A DNA stretch of 64,000 nucleotides, taken from NCBI GenBank assembly GCA_002633005.1, contig NMRA01000163.1:710884-774883 (forward strand), read 5' to 3'. A program made the translations under genes and the position numbers. Under the pieces are notes generated by a model. The model worked only from the letters and a program-made list of their open reading frames with translations. It was not told the DNA's origin and did no database searches. Of the stretch, positions 13,693 through 27,223 are shown one piece after another. How positions within the stretch are numbered: position 1 is the first letter of the stretch; each line of letters starts with the position of its first letter. Source of the stretch: Phoronis australis. Taxonomy: Eukaryota; Animalia; Phoronida.

Positions 13693-14873
13693 CAGAATTG
13701 CTCGGCAAAAATCGGGCAAGATCGGGGAAATACGCACCACAAGTGTATGCAATTGTCTGCATTCAACTTTTGTTAATTAGCGGGAGCAAAGGAGTTAGAG
13801 AATGAATACATGCACATATATATGCATTCGAGGGGACAAATTGGATAGGTACGCCTAAGTGAGAAAGGGGCATTTTACAACCGTACGACTCCTTTTTTAT
13901 TTTATTTTTTTAGTCAACGATTCCTATGCTGGATTGGCAACCACAGAATTTATTTGGTGAGCTAGGATTTTCAGTTTTGGCGACCTCAGACTTTGTTTGG
14001 CAACATGGTATTTTTGCCAGGTTGCCAATAATGGGACTTGGCCTAAAGCTAACCATCCAGCTATAACAAACATCATAATGCTATTTTGATTGTGAAGCCA
14101 ACTTAGGAGCTTCAAGCAGTATATTCTGGACAGGCTATTATCCATGATCTGAATCTAGGCCTTTGTCCAAGTCTCCATGTGTGGGTTATACAGCATGCTA
14201 ATAACATCTGGTCGGTAAAGCGGAACTAATTTAATCAGCTGATCTGAATTACAGCTATCTCCCACAAAATGTGGCCGATTTATGTGAGGACAAAACACTT
14301 TTTAATTACTAAATTTCTATGAGAAATTCAAATGTAGGCTCTGTTTCCGACACACAAAGGGCAAAAAATGAAATCAACTGCCTTCATTCTTCAGGCAACT
14401 CTTATTTTAAGGCTGTCTTGCAGTAATCGCGCAGAATGAGCGATTTTCTGACCATCCAGAGTTGTCCACCTGCCAACTCCGGACAGTCCATCACCACAGT
14501 GCAATATTATGGGCTGATCTAGACATAATTCTCTGTATGGCGGCATGGCCAATGATTTCTGACAATTCATCTACTAATTATTAGCACACAGGATTACTTA
14601 AAAGTACATCATTTGACTATAGTAACTTAGTATGTTCTCCAGGTCTTAAGTTCCTGGTCTAAAAACATTACAAATGACGAAAACACATAAATTATAAAAT
14701 TCATATGTGTGCAACTATCAGAAATACTATTCTGCATTCATGATCATTTTAAAATTATGGAATAGTGTTTTCTACCATATTTGACAAATGCTGACCTGGA
14801 AGATCTATAGATAATTTTCCTGCTGATATCTGAATCTTGGTTTCAACATCACTTTGCACTTAACAGTATAATT

Positions 14874-15662
14874 CAGGGGTATTCCGGGACTGCGCCTTTG
14901 CGCCATTACCGCATGAAAAAATAAAAAGGCACAAGTACATCCAAGGTGTTCAAAATGGGGTTCCCAATATTCCAGGGCGCCCATGATTCTGACGCGTAAC
15001 CACTCCCACCCCCAGCAATCCCCCCAGAAACACACATTTTTTACAAAAAATGCATAGACCAAGGTTTTTACATTTAAGTTTACAAAACAGCCTTCTGTAG
15101 TGAGCATTTTTACTAAAAAACACTGTAGACCAAGACTTACAATGCTATCAACCAAGTGTGAGCATAGCAATATTGTATACAGTATATACTTTGTATATAC
15201 ATCGTATATTTCTTCCTGCTTTGAAAAAACAGCCCAACTGTGAGCCTTCAGAGGCTTCCAAGTATTTGATCATTACAATGTGTGAGTCCAAACTTAAAAG
15301 GTTCCTATTGACAGTGGTGGTCCAAATGATACATTGGGCGTCCTTTCCAGGGCCTCCACATTAGTGCTAGGGCATCCCTTTGGACACCTAGAACGTACGC
15401 TGCATAAAGGTCTGAGTACATCACAGCAGTGCGTCCCTCAGGAGCATCTTTTAAAACGCAACACTCTTCCAAAAATGCAAGATTCTATAGACAACTTCGT
15501 CAGATAAACATGACTCTGTTCTTATTTTGATTGCCCTTCGAGCTTCTGTGTCATATGTTACCATTCAAATTACACAGCTGGGCACAATTTTTGAAAAAAG
15601 CACTTTTTCTCATGAGAAGCGCCCAAAGGGCACATGTTCAAACCTGATCCGGAATATCCCTA
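14874..15662. mobile_element. hAT-like non-autonomous element
   Basis: TIRs CAGGGGTATTCCGG and CCGGAATATCCCTA, with subterminal GCGCC/GGGCGC motifs. No clear 8-bp TSD. Confidence 0.55.
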
Positions 15663-15769
15663 GTAATGTCATAGTATTCATCTAAGACATTCCTAAAGAG
15701 ACCGGAAACATGCTATAACAAAATCGCCTATACTTTCTAAGAAACAGCTAACCCTTAATAATTACTAAC

Positions 15770-16478
15770 CTGAACTTACTCCCATAGCCTCCTCCTCTTC
15801 TTCGTCACCAATGTCAATCATTTCTGGGCTTTTTGTGTCAAAAATAAATGGTTTGCCAAGCATGTGGTAGTCCTTCATTGTCTGTGTAAGTCGCCTTTGC
15901 TTGCGTAACTTTTCAATATTTTCATAGTGCACTTCAGGTACCTCGTCGTCTTCAGACGAGACCGGCGTGGCTGTACTATCAGCGGGGTTGTCATAGATGC
16001 AATCAATACTAGAAATTGAAATGGCTTCCTGGTCTCTCGGTGCTATTTCATTATAGATTGGTTCAACTGCCAAACTGCTGTCATCAAAGTCAATTTTAGG
16101 GTTCTTGTTTACAACAGCATACACAGGTTGTTCAGGATATACGCCATTACTTTCACTTTCTCCAGAAACTGTTGTGGGGCTTGTTCCCAAAGCAGGACTA
16201 ACTGACGAATAACTGAAGTGGTCCATGTCACCAGTAGAGTTAGCTTGAGTTAATGATTCCATTATGTTAGCTAAATACTCCGTCACAAAATTCTCGCGTT
16301 CAATCTGTGCTTGCAATTCCTCACGCTTTGTGCGACTACAACTGAGGCAATCCTGGACCAACTCCTTGAAAACGCAATTGTTAGACTCGTCATCAGAGAC
16401 GAAGCAGGACAGATACGGTGGATCTGTCGTGGGGAACTGACGGCACCATAAGTCTTCAAATTCCTTCTTGTAATTCAT
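15770..16478 (-). CDS. BCR: BCR/ABR-like first coding exon: Bcr-Abl oligomerisation (coiled-coil) domain plus acidic linker rich in Tyr motifs
   Basis: MNYKKEFEDLWCRQFPTTDPPYL...LSCSRTKREELQAQIERENFVTEYLANIM resembles the BCR N-terminus FAEAWKAQFPDSEPP...LERCKASIRRLEQEVNQERFRMIYLQTLL. Two possible donors: exon ends at 15780 (GTAAGT) or 15770 (GTTAGT). Confidence 0.85.
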
Positions 16479-17279
16479 ATTGTTCGGATCAAATAGCACT
16501 AACAATGAAAAAATTGAAAGTCCCACCTCGTGTGATTCATTGCTGTTTACTTCCTACTTCGAAATACGAGTAGAGTTACTAGAATTTATACAAAACATTA
16601 TAGTAGTTTTTTTCCAATCCAAGTTTGTCAAAAAGTCATTAATTGATGTAAATACTGGTTTCAAGCACTACAGATAAATATATTTGTGTATTTTTTCTGT
16701 ATATATGATATAATAGATAGTTTTAGGACATTATATTTTATTTTGCTAATATAAAGACAGCTCTGTTTTGATCGCGTTCCAGCTATGACCACCAGATGTC
16801 GCACTTTGACGTACTGACCCCTGAGTAACATGATTAATGGGAACTGAAACCAATTTAACGTGCCATATGTCCCTCGTGATAGAAGAAGCGGCTATTGTCT
16901 TCATTAGAAAATCGGCACATCACTATACGAGGGAAGCTGACAGTGAATGTTCTCATGCATACATGATACATGTCTAAATAAAAATAAAATTCTCAACAAG
17001 CATGAATATGGTTTTCGCGCGATTTTACAGTGAGCTTGCTGCTCTTGGAACTTGTTCATAGTTGACAAAAATATACTTTCTAGCCAGAGGTCAAAACCCT
17101 TTGACAATATTTATCTATCTCTCAAATTAAAGCATATGACACCAGTTCATTTATCACAAAATTCTTCAACAGAAATTAAAATACTACGGTATTCGCAGCA
17201 ATGACTAAATACAGTGGTTCGGGTTATTTATCATGTAAAATGCAATACTGAATTCGTATCTGTTGGTAAAAAAGAATGT

Positions 17280-17830
17280 TTACCACACTTTACTTGTGTT
17301 GTAACATGCTGGGGTTTCCACAACTGCCGTCGACTACAAATATTACAAAAACGTGCTGTTCGAAATATTACCTCACCATACTTCCTAGCTCACTGACCCC
17401 GACGTTATTTCTGTCACTAAATCTTCTTCCCTTAAACGACATTTTTCACATTTCCTGTCTAAAAATTTTCCACAAGTCTTGTAATAAGCCCTTACCCCCA
17501 TTTTTCGCACTCAGATTCTCATGATGATATCAATCTTGATTCATCCAAACGACAAACACTAATGTCCCCTCAAGATACGACTATTTTTGTGAACAGTGAA
17601 CACTTCCACCACTCAAGCCATTATTACCAATACCACTCACAAAACTCAAGAGCCTCCGCAACTTTATTTCTGAACTTATTAATTGTTATATTATTCCACA
17701 AAACACAGTGGAAAGATATCTACTCACTTCATTCACGTCATCTCCTCAGCCACAAATACTCACTTGTTACAAAACTATTCAGAAAAATGCTCAATATCAA
17801 ACTGCAGAATCTTTGCATCTCAGCATCCAA
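17280..17830 (+). mobile_element. CR1/L2-type LINE ORF2 3' remnant
   Basis: Frameshifted pieces WG...RLQILQKRAVRNITSPYFLAH / PTLFLSLNLLPLNDIFHISCLKIFHK match the LQKRAIR...Y..HT.PLF..L.IL...D post-RT motif. Confidence 0.7.
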
Positions 17831-19185
17831 AGTCACTCAAGCTTTGAAATTTTAAAAGTAGGCTATTAGAGAGATGTTTCTTACCTATTACTCCTGATTC
17901 TTGTTTTCCTGCGCTGTGTAATGACTTCAATGAATCATACAATGATATATTTATGCCTGCCTAGCCAGTTTCTATTTTTTATTTTTAGTTCTTTTTTACT
18001 TTGTAATGTGTTTTTTTATAGTATAATATAATGCGTAACGTATTCATTCGTTTCTTTACTTTGTTGGGCCAACTAGGTTATATCATTCTTAAGCTGTACC
18101 TTATGTTAGTTTCTCCTATTATTGCATCGGTAGTTTATATTGCATCCGCGAACCCGTTTGGCGAAGTGGGCAAAAAGTCCGCCTCAGAGAAACAAAAATT
18201 CCGAGCAAATGAGACAAAAGACAATTAAAAAGGCGACTTCTGAATGTGGTACCCCGTTTTTTTAGTCCTCTCGCTTTTTTGTCAGCAAAAGGTCCACGTC
18301 GCCAGAAATTCGAGACCTTCCCTGTTAAAGGCTGGGTGTACGCAGGTATTTTAATCCCTAGATTTTTCCTTCTTTACATGTACACATTTTACATAGATAT
18401 ACAGTCATTTTGTTGATACTCAACACAGGTTGCTGTTTCGCTCATGTAGTGAGAGAAAGTGTTGAAACGAATACTTAGTTTATTTTTGACTAACTACAAG
18501 TGTGGATATAGGTGGCTTTCATGCAAGCGGCTCCTTTTTAGCCTTTTGAAAGTCTCCTTGCCTTGCTTTGATATTTTTAAAGTAATCGATGACTATTATA
18601 TATATAGTCTTCGGGAAACCTTAGTTAGTACTTGTTTACCTTCGACTACTACAAGTCCCACTCTTTTCACTTTAAGTTGCATGTGCTTAGCAAGTCAAGT
18701 AGGAACGACTTGTGTAGATGCATGACTAGGGCCTATAGTCGTCTAGACTTGCCGAGACCAGTCCTTCGGAAGTTTTCCTGAGTGGATCGGGGCCGCGGTG
18801 TTCTCCGAGTCGCAGTCAGCACTGACTGGGTGGTGCTTTAGCTAAGCTGATGCTTAATACTGACATATATTTTAGTGAACGGTTATCCAATTTAACAGTG
18901 TGAAAATAATTATTCGAATAAAAGTATAGAGGCCAGTGCATGCATGCCATCTGTAACAGCTGGGAGTAATAGTGATACAGAAGTGCCGGGCCGTACACGC
19001 ACGGGACAGAGAGTGCGCAGCATTTGTCTATGATACTAGCGGGCCATGCATGGTCACCGGAGAATTCAGTTAATCATAACAGCATGGTCTCCTGGGCAGC
19101 ATGACAGCACATGCTAGGCGCAGCAATATGAAAACAGTGGGGGCTCGGGCCCCCAGCTCCTTGCCAGTACACCTCCCGTAGACCA

Positions 19186-19314
19186 TGGGCGGCGAAACAC
19201 TGAAAATGTGGGGATATATCCCCCACCAGTCCTCTATGTTGCGCCGCGTATTGTGTACACGCGGTCGGCATTGCCAGTGAACTTAACCTGAGTGCACCGA
19301 ATCGTAAAACTTCA
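19186..19314 (+). repeat. About 130-bp interspersed repeat; second copy at about 21621-21758
   Basis: Both copies share ATGGGCGGCGAA...CCCCCACCAGTCC...GTGAACTT(A/G)ACCTGAGTGCACCGAAT(C/A)GTAAAACTTCA. Confidence 0.8.
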
Positions 19315-19571
19315 TGACGGACCTATTCCTGCCGAAGATTCAAGCCAAAACACAATTAGTTTTGTTAACTGAAGCGCATTCTCTGCCAACACAATAGAGA
19401 ATCAGCTGGCTGGGCTGCCTCCGTAAAGAAGGCATCACCAAATTCTCCAACTGAATAGAACTTGTGACCTTCCCTTTGACCCGGATTTTCATATGGAGGA
19501 AAACCAGAAACCTCTTATATGGTAGTTACATTGCATACATTTAATCATATTTCTTTTTGGCCAAAATATGA

Positions 19572-19763
19572 GTACGAACTTTAAAATTTGCGCATATGTA
19601 AGCGACGGCATATTTATCGGTTTATTGTCTCCCAAGAAAAAATTCACAATATTGCAATAAGGTGACACAGTTGTAGAACAGATTATACAGGTACACAAGA
19701 CACAATAAACCGAAACATCAATCAACATGTTGTTTACATATGCGCTGATTTTAAAGTTCGTAC
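19572..19763. mobile_element. Small MITE-like element with about 30-bp inverted repeats
   Basis: GTACGAACTTTAAAATTTGCGCATATGTAA at the left and TTACATATGCGCTGATTTTAAAGTTCGTAC at the right. Confidence 0.6.
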
Positions 19764-22700
19764 GCATACCTTTAAGCCGAATTTAGGTCATGACAGAAAT
19801 ATAATTTTTCACCTATATATTTTTGGTTTCATATTCCAATAAAAGGTAATACATAGTTTTTTTCTGATATACATGTACAACCTATCTTAACTGTTCTTTT
19901 GCTATTTTGCCAACCAGAATACCAATTACAGTCAATTAACAACTGAATGAATAGTATTAAAAATATTCGTTTGTTCAGGCTAAAATGCAAAGATCACGAC
20001 ATTACAAGTATACAGTAAATCCGGCTCAAGCACCAACTATTTAATTTTTAATTTATTTTTTAATATTTAAAATGAGGGTAGCCTCTTCAGTGACAGGACT
20101 GCTTTCAAGGGGGCAATCGACAACACCGATAAAATAATATAACAATAATTAGATACAGGTAACAAAGCAGCAATTAAAACAGGTTGAGGATGAAATTTTG
20201 ACCAATAGAGATGAAATAAAAAGATGATACTAGATAGCGAGAGCATGTACAATAATGAAAAATGACATAATTAAGGTGTAAGAATGGTTAAGTAAATAAC
20301 AGCCACGTTTTAATTTTAATATAAAGTTCGACAGTATTAATTGAATTGGACCGTTTAATTTCTGGGATAAGAGAGTTCCATATCGCAGCAGTAGCATACT
20401 AAATAAAAGATCTCTTGCCGATCTCGGATTTCATTTTTTAAAAGGAACATTACCAGTAACGGAAGAACGTGTAAAGTATATAGCTTAACTGCTACTGAAT
20501 TTATGGCCGAGATATGTTGGAGCCAAGTCAATGACACATCTATTACACGCAACAGACAGAGATATATTTATTTCTTATTATTTTAATTTAAAACAATGTA
20601 ACATTTCAGATTGCACTAACTTATATCAACATCAGAATTATATAATAATCACCGAAAAAAGTATACAGAAAACACCAGCATGGCATGTGCAGAGTGTACA
20701 GTAAGTCTAAACATCAATGAAGTATGTACACTGTACAATAATATACTTAGCTCTTTTAATATTATAAACACTTGTTTATGTTTAGATCAATTACAAAACA
20801 AACAGCAGCAACAAGTCATTGGCCTGGTCCACAACATTAGAAATGAACCTGTGGGTCGCACCAAAAAGAAATGAGCAAAGCGTGATATAAAGATACGCCT
20901 GGCAACTGCTTCACGAAACTCAACTATTGATAATGTTTGTAAAAATACAAGAGGAATTTAAGAGCATGGCAGAACCCCTATTCAAAACAACATCAAATGG
21001 AGCTGGGAGTTGTCCCACATACACCTTAGTGCAATATATAAAAAAAACTGCAGATTCCCGTTTGAGACGTCACACCAACGATATTGTGGGACATGCAGAC
21101 AGACCTTTGTGAATACTATGTCTCCCACAACGTGCTGTGGGGACAAAAATCACGCCAACGACATTGTGAGAAAACACAGGCGGACTGCCACAAGCTTGGA
21201 CTGTAAATTTCAAAAAAATGAATGAAAAAATCACATAGCTTTCATGTACAAAGTTTAAATAACGATGTTCATACACCACTTTTCTATAGCACAGCTCAAA
21301 CTAGCACCAAGCAAACGCCAAGGCACTGGCAGTGGTATATATCGTGTCTACATTTTGAGAACCGGTTTTCTCGACTGAACAAACGATATCAAACTGGCTC
21401 TCAGAATTTTGCATGTAATATAGGACTATTGCAAGGGATACGGCAATTAACCCAATGTGACAAGAACTTTGAACTGACGTTTGTACCTGGCATTATGTCC
21501 TCGCATTATATCACTACTCAGTCTTCTTTAGCTACTTCTCTCATAAATCATTCACGTATTTTATAGTCCTTGTTTGTTCTCCATCTCGTGTTAAGTAGTT
21601 CATTGTGTCATCATCAACCAATGGGCGGCGAAGCAAAATGTGGGGCTATAGCCCCCACCAGTCCCCTATGGTGCGCCCCCCAAGCAGCATCACGTATAGT
21701 GTACACGGTCGGCGCTGCCGGTGAACTTGACCTGAGTGCACCGAATAGTAAAACTTCAGTTCGCGGGGCTATAGTATCGCTCAGAGTTACGGCACCGCCT
21801 TCACGAAGTACAAATGTAATCGATTCAAGGTCCATCGTCATTAACAAACTTGACTTTTGGAGCACTTTAAATCATTTACTGGTGTCAATTTGCTTTCATA
21901 CATGTCTTTATATAGTAAACAGTTTTAAAAAAGCGCTGAATTGGTTCAGGCGGCAGGCGTTTTCTTGTTCTTACCAAAAGTCGCGGAGTGGGCGCAGGTC
22001 TTACGTGAGTCAGCGAGGTACCGGTACAGCCAGCCACAACAAAACATGCAACTTAACAGGCATGTTCACTGACCTTTTGAAAAATGAAAATACAGTTCCA
22101 GATAGCTGTTTTTTACTTTTGATAATTAACTCGCTGGAAAGAAGATTCAGATACATGTACGTCGGTTCACCACATACACTGCCGGAAACAAATTGTAACC
22201 CTAACGGGTTATTTTCCGTTTAATAAGTAAAAATATAACTTCAAGCAATACCGGTAATTGAGTTCACCCGCCAGAGGCGCTTATCTGAAGAATTAATTTT
22301 CAAACGCCAGGTTAGTGAAAATTAGATCTGCTATACAGTACACGATGCAGCCACCCCCCCCCCCCCCCNNNNCCCCCCCCCCCCGCCAAGCCCCATAATT
22401 TGCTGGAGCCTGGACCCGCACTGTCGCATGCAGATCGTGGGGCAGTCGCGAAAAGAAAGGCATGTAGCTAAACATGGAGAAGAGAATCAATTCCATGGAA
22501 CATTTAAGAACTACTATTGCATCACAGTTTACCTTTTGAGTAACTTGGGGGCATTGTTGTAAGGGTGACCCATTTTTGATTCATACGGGTATTTCGAAAA
22601 AGCCGACAAAATGTGCAAAGCAAAGCTTTTGCAGGCCATATTAATTAACTATTTTTTTAAATTCAAGAAAATAAATTTACTTATTTTTTCTTTTGAAGAT

Positions 22701-22967
22701 CGTCACTAGCTACATTTGTTTGCAGTCACCCTTGTCGAAACCAGACTGACGGGGGTGCGATTTTTTGACGAGCGTAAATAGTACATGCTCAAAGTACTTT
22801 ACATATAGTGGCGATCATAAACAAAGATTTCATCGATTTTTGGAGTTCAGCTTAACTCATAAAACCGTATTAATAGCGTCACATGATGGAATGAGCCAAA
22901 ATACTTATCGTATTTGGTCTCTTAATTGCTCTCATAAAACCGCCCTCTTAATACATGTATCAGTTCC

Positions 22968-23308
22968 CAGGTGGCGGATCTAGGATACCATAAGGGGGGC
23001 CAACACTTTGTCTCGGGCAATTGCGTAAAGCACGACTGCATGCGCGCACCCAGACCCAGCCTGAAATGAAGGAGGGCTTGGATTTCTGAGAATGTGGACC
23101 TTCTTGTTGAAATGCAACCGCACGACTAAAAAAACAAAAACAGGAGACGCTTCCTGCACCTTCAGTTATTTCAGGCGCTTCGTCTTTACCAGGGTTAATT
23201 CGTAGACTCAGTATTTCCTCACGTTCTTGCTGTCTTCCTGTTTTATTTTTTGGCGGTAGCCATGCAAGGGGGGTGGGAGGGCCCCCTGCCCCCCCCCCTA
23301 AATACGCA
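22968..23308 (+). mobile_element. About 300-bp hAT-like MITE family (CAG..GGCGGATCTAGG terminus); relatives at 46313-46608, 49119-49426 and inverted at about 18141-18325
   Basis: Blocks shared between pairs of copies: GATCTAGGATACCAT..GGGGGG, GCGCGCACCCAG, GACTAAAAAAA and G/C-tract ends. 18160-18210 is the reverse complement of 49318-49380. Confidence 0.65.
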
Positions 23309-25690
23309 GGATTCCTTCATCGTGATGAGGATTCTACTTCCGTCACGGCCAACAAGAAAAAAGAAACCATCATCATCCACTCAAAAAAAGCTTCAGATGA
23401 CTGGGGCTGGCGAACCCCGCTAAAACTCTCTTTCTCACTAGCTGTGACGAAAGGTACTAACACGTGGTTCCTCTTTGGGTCACCAGTGCTAACCCTTGGT
23501 ACTACTTGAACAAAGTAACATTCGCCGGACATTACCTTTCTACAAAATTGAAAAGAACCTAACTTACGGCTGCAGTGGACAACAAACCAGAATCCACACC
23601 ATTTCATGTTCTACATCCCACTCAAGATAACAAGGTGTCAAGTTCTAAAATAACAGGATCAACAACTTTCTGGATCATGGTCTAGACAAAATGATTTTTC
23701 ACGACAAACATACAAAGCAGTTGAGCCTGTTCGGTAAAGAAATTTAAATGAAAACTGTCCGGCATTCACAATTTTTACCTACAGGCACACGTGATTAAGG
23801 TTATGTGGGACCCTAGAAATAAAAAAAAAAATCAAATTACGCACCTTTGGCCCACCATATATCAGAAATGGCTGATCCGATTCATCTGAAATTTTCAGAA
23901 TCCATATCTGCATAAGAGGTTTGTCAAAATAGCCGTTCCGTGATTTTTACGAAAAAATCCAACTTGCATCAAGCAATGACAATTTAGACAACAAGTAACA
24001 GCGTCATTTAGATTTCATATTTAGCAATTACATCAAATGAAATTTGGTCATTATAGTGACGCTGTTGTTTGTTGGACGGACCTTTTCTTTTTTGCTAAAT
24101 CTCACTGCAATGACATGGACACTTACCCAATTAATGTCAGACTTAAAACTTAAAAATCAAACTCTACAGGTTGTATACCTCCAGAAAATATATACTTTTA
24201 TTGACATCTAAATATTCTTGTAAGTATTGTAGGCAAAACACAATTAGTCACTAAGGTCCTGCATAACCTTTTACATTACATAGGTAACCAACATGGTTAG
24301 CATCTCACAGCAAAGATAATGGCCAAGGGGAGAAATGTGTAGGTTGATTTGGAGACAAAGAATGACAGAAAATCAACCACAGTTCGAGACATCACCTGCA
24401 TTTGTGCATCATGAACAAATGGTTACATTCCTGTTAAAAGCATCTTTTTGTATTACAAATTCCATTTAGTAAACAAATTGAATTCCCTAACACTGAAAAA
24501 ATAGATTATTGATAAGAGAATACACACATGTCAATATGTAGAAGCCAATGGGTTACAAAGGAACTGGACAGGTATGGTTACTAAGATTACAGGGCACCTG
24601 AACAAAGAATGTGCACCACAAATTGAGAATTAAAATGATTGGTAAGTCTCAGTTCTTAAACTGAATGCATGGAAAAACAACAGTGAATGTCCACTAAAAG
24701 ACAGAAGGATGCTAGAGGGCCAGCAAGCTAAATACATTGTAAAGATGTGGTAACCATAAACAAGATAAATAGTACAGCCAAATGTGCTGGGTGGCCTGAT
24801 CGGTAAGAACACATTGGGAAATCCTACAGCAAAAAAGTGCATGATGATGGACATAAGTCACTTAAAGGAGTCCTGCATTTTCAAAACTAGTTTGATGCCT
24901 GTTATTCAGTTGACGAAACAGTGGAAGTTAGCAAAGTTGAAAAAGTAACCCTGGACACACATTAAGTAATCGCTCTGTGTTATTCACTCACTCTACATAA
25001 TGTGCCTGCTGTTGAGTGCAGGGCTGCTGTGATTGGATGCCTATTTTCTTACCTCATAGCCAAGAAGAGCATTTGTCAGGATGGGAATGTTGTAGGTTTT
25101 TCCACAAAACTCTCAATACTTATAATGTATCATATCTTACAAGCATTGGAGGTACAACGCAAGTTTTGGAATGTACCATTGAGTTCAAACGTTTGTCTGG
25201 CATACATTCCAACTAATGCAAAAGGATTTTCTTAAGGTTTGAATATTTTACAATCATTCCTACTTTTGCAGTTGAATTTTATGGTTTTCCTCTCTAACTC
25301 CTTGTTACTGAATCTACACAAATCACCTGAATACTTACTACCACAACACAAAACTTTGACTACCTTTAAAGGGACACTCTCACTGAGAAATATGATTTTC
25401 TTAGATCAGACTAAGTAGGGATGTGGCTCGTGGAAGTTTTCATTGACAAACTGTGATTACCGAGTATTAGTAAAGGTTTGCCTATAAGGAGAGAGAAATT
25501 GAACAACATCCATACATTTTTGTCACTGAGTCATCATATAGACTAAACACACCTACACAAAAATGCAATAAATATTTAAAGACAACAATGAAAATCGCAA
25601 AACAGCAGGACATCTAAGAGTTAACCACTTAGCCATCTGCACATGTACTTGTCTTTCATTTCTGGTGACTTAGATGATTCTCTATGATCA

Positions 25691-25854
25691 TTAACCGAGA
25701 AGCTTTCTTATTTGTCTATTTTGGTTTTCAAGCTTTGGCTGTGTTTTGTCTACTGCGGCGTTGATTCGATCTAACTGTTCATTTTGGTGCACAATCTCTC
25801 CTTGAAGATCCACACTAAGACCTTTGAGTCGGTTTAATCCAGCAGAGATGTCAC
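25691..25854 (-). CDS. SNAP29: SNAP29 exon 3 (C-terminal Qc SNARE motif and stop)
   Basis: (G)DISAGLNRLKGLSVDLQGEIVHQNEQLDRINAAVDKTQPKLENQNRQIRKLLG*, phase-1 acceptor TTTTTTCAG. Confidence 0.93.
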
Positions 25855-26780
25855 CTGAAAAAATCACACTTTTGACATCTATTGGTGGAATGATGACATG
25901 ACAACTGCAAACAGTTTCACCAGTAGATAAAGAGGGAGTGTATTTCCATGATCTCTTTACATCACAGTAAAATTTCACCAATTTCGGACAAAAACAATTG
26001 CCACAATTGCATTTTTTTCATTTTTCAAGACTTCTTCAATATTGTTGTGAATGCTCATGAGTTTTCAAAATATTGTCTGTCAGTAGCTATATCACAGCGC
26101 TTGAATGTTTATATTCAGTTGGTACTACGCATCACAACACACAGCATCCCTTTTGTTTTAATAAAAAAACTGTAACCAAAATATTTTGTAAGCAGTAACT
26201 CATGTGGTTTTCCTTATACCACTGCCGCAACAAGATGGTCCCATATTACACAGAAACACCTGAATCTCATGGTATTTACCCACAATACTGCAGTATCTGT
26301 CTACCAGTTCTTTAGTAGCCTCATTGTCAGAAGTTGATGGTGGATATTTATTCTGACATTCATTTTCGCATCACTGGAATTTCTCATGATATTTTAGGTG
26401 CCTTGCTTTTTTAAATTTTACTCGAGTGCATTAACTGTATGGCGACCTTATAATGCCAGCAAAGTTTTAGTGTTGTGATGTGGGCTATAACTTTGACAGC
26501 AGAAAGTTGGATAAACTTGTGAGGATAAGATACTTTTCCGGCATTATTCCCAGAACCAGCTTGGCATTTTCCACACGAACCCAATAAAACAATGCATTTT
26601 CCAACCTCCAAGACAAAAGAGATTTCTGTCCGGGACTGTTCTATTGGAAAATCCAAAATTCAATGCATTACAGCTAACTGCATTCAAATGGTCACACTGT
26701 GGACAAATTAACAGTTAAGACCATAAAACATCAACTTTTACACTGAGACTATGTATAGTACTGGGTTCCATTTAAGTGAC

Positions 26781-26993
26781 GAAAATATTGAGTAAAGATC
26801 CCCTTTTGGAACCAAAGAAACATTCCTTGATATGGTAAGTGTACAGCCGTTTCATCCATATATCACGGCCTTGATTCACCAAAGGCAGAGGGCGCACACG
26901 GTGGTGCGTGAGATATGGACGGAACGGCTGTACACTTACCACACCAAGGAACGATTCTTTGGTTCCAAAAGGGATCTTTTACTCAATATTTTC
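26781..26993. mobile_element. Foldback/palindromic MITE with arms of about 85 bp in SNAP29 intron 2
   Basis: GAAAATATTGAGTAAAGATCCC..TTTTGGAACCAAAGAA..GGTAAGTGTACAGCCGTT is mirrored at 26908-26993. Confidence 0.8.
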
Positions 26994-27223
26994 AACTTTC
27001 ACAATGACATTACATGAGACTTAATTTGCGGTAAAACAGCAATTATTAAAAATTTATTAAAGAAGTAACTTACTTTTTGTCTTAGTTGACTTGAAATCAA
27101 AATATCTCACAATCTCAATAACATAACTTAATCGGAATCGTGATCTTAAAATTGAATCAAAATTAAAAAAACACATACACTGATTTAAGAACATCAGTAC
27201 ACCACAAAATATGACGTTAAAAT

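Noticed and set aside
21570-22223. 217-aa ORF
   Set aside because: TTG start, overlaps an interspersed repeat, no recognisable domain or splice context.
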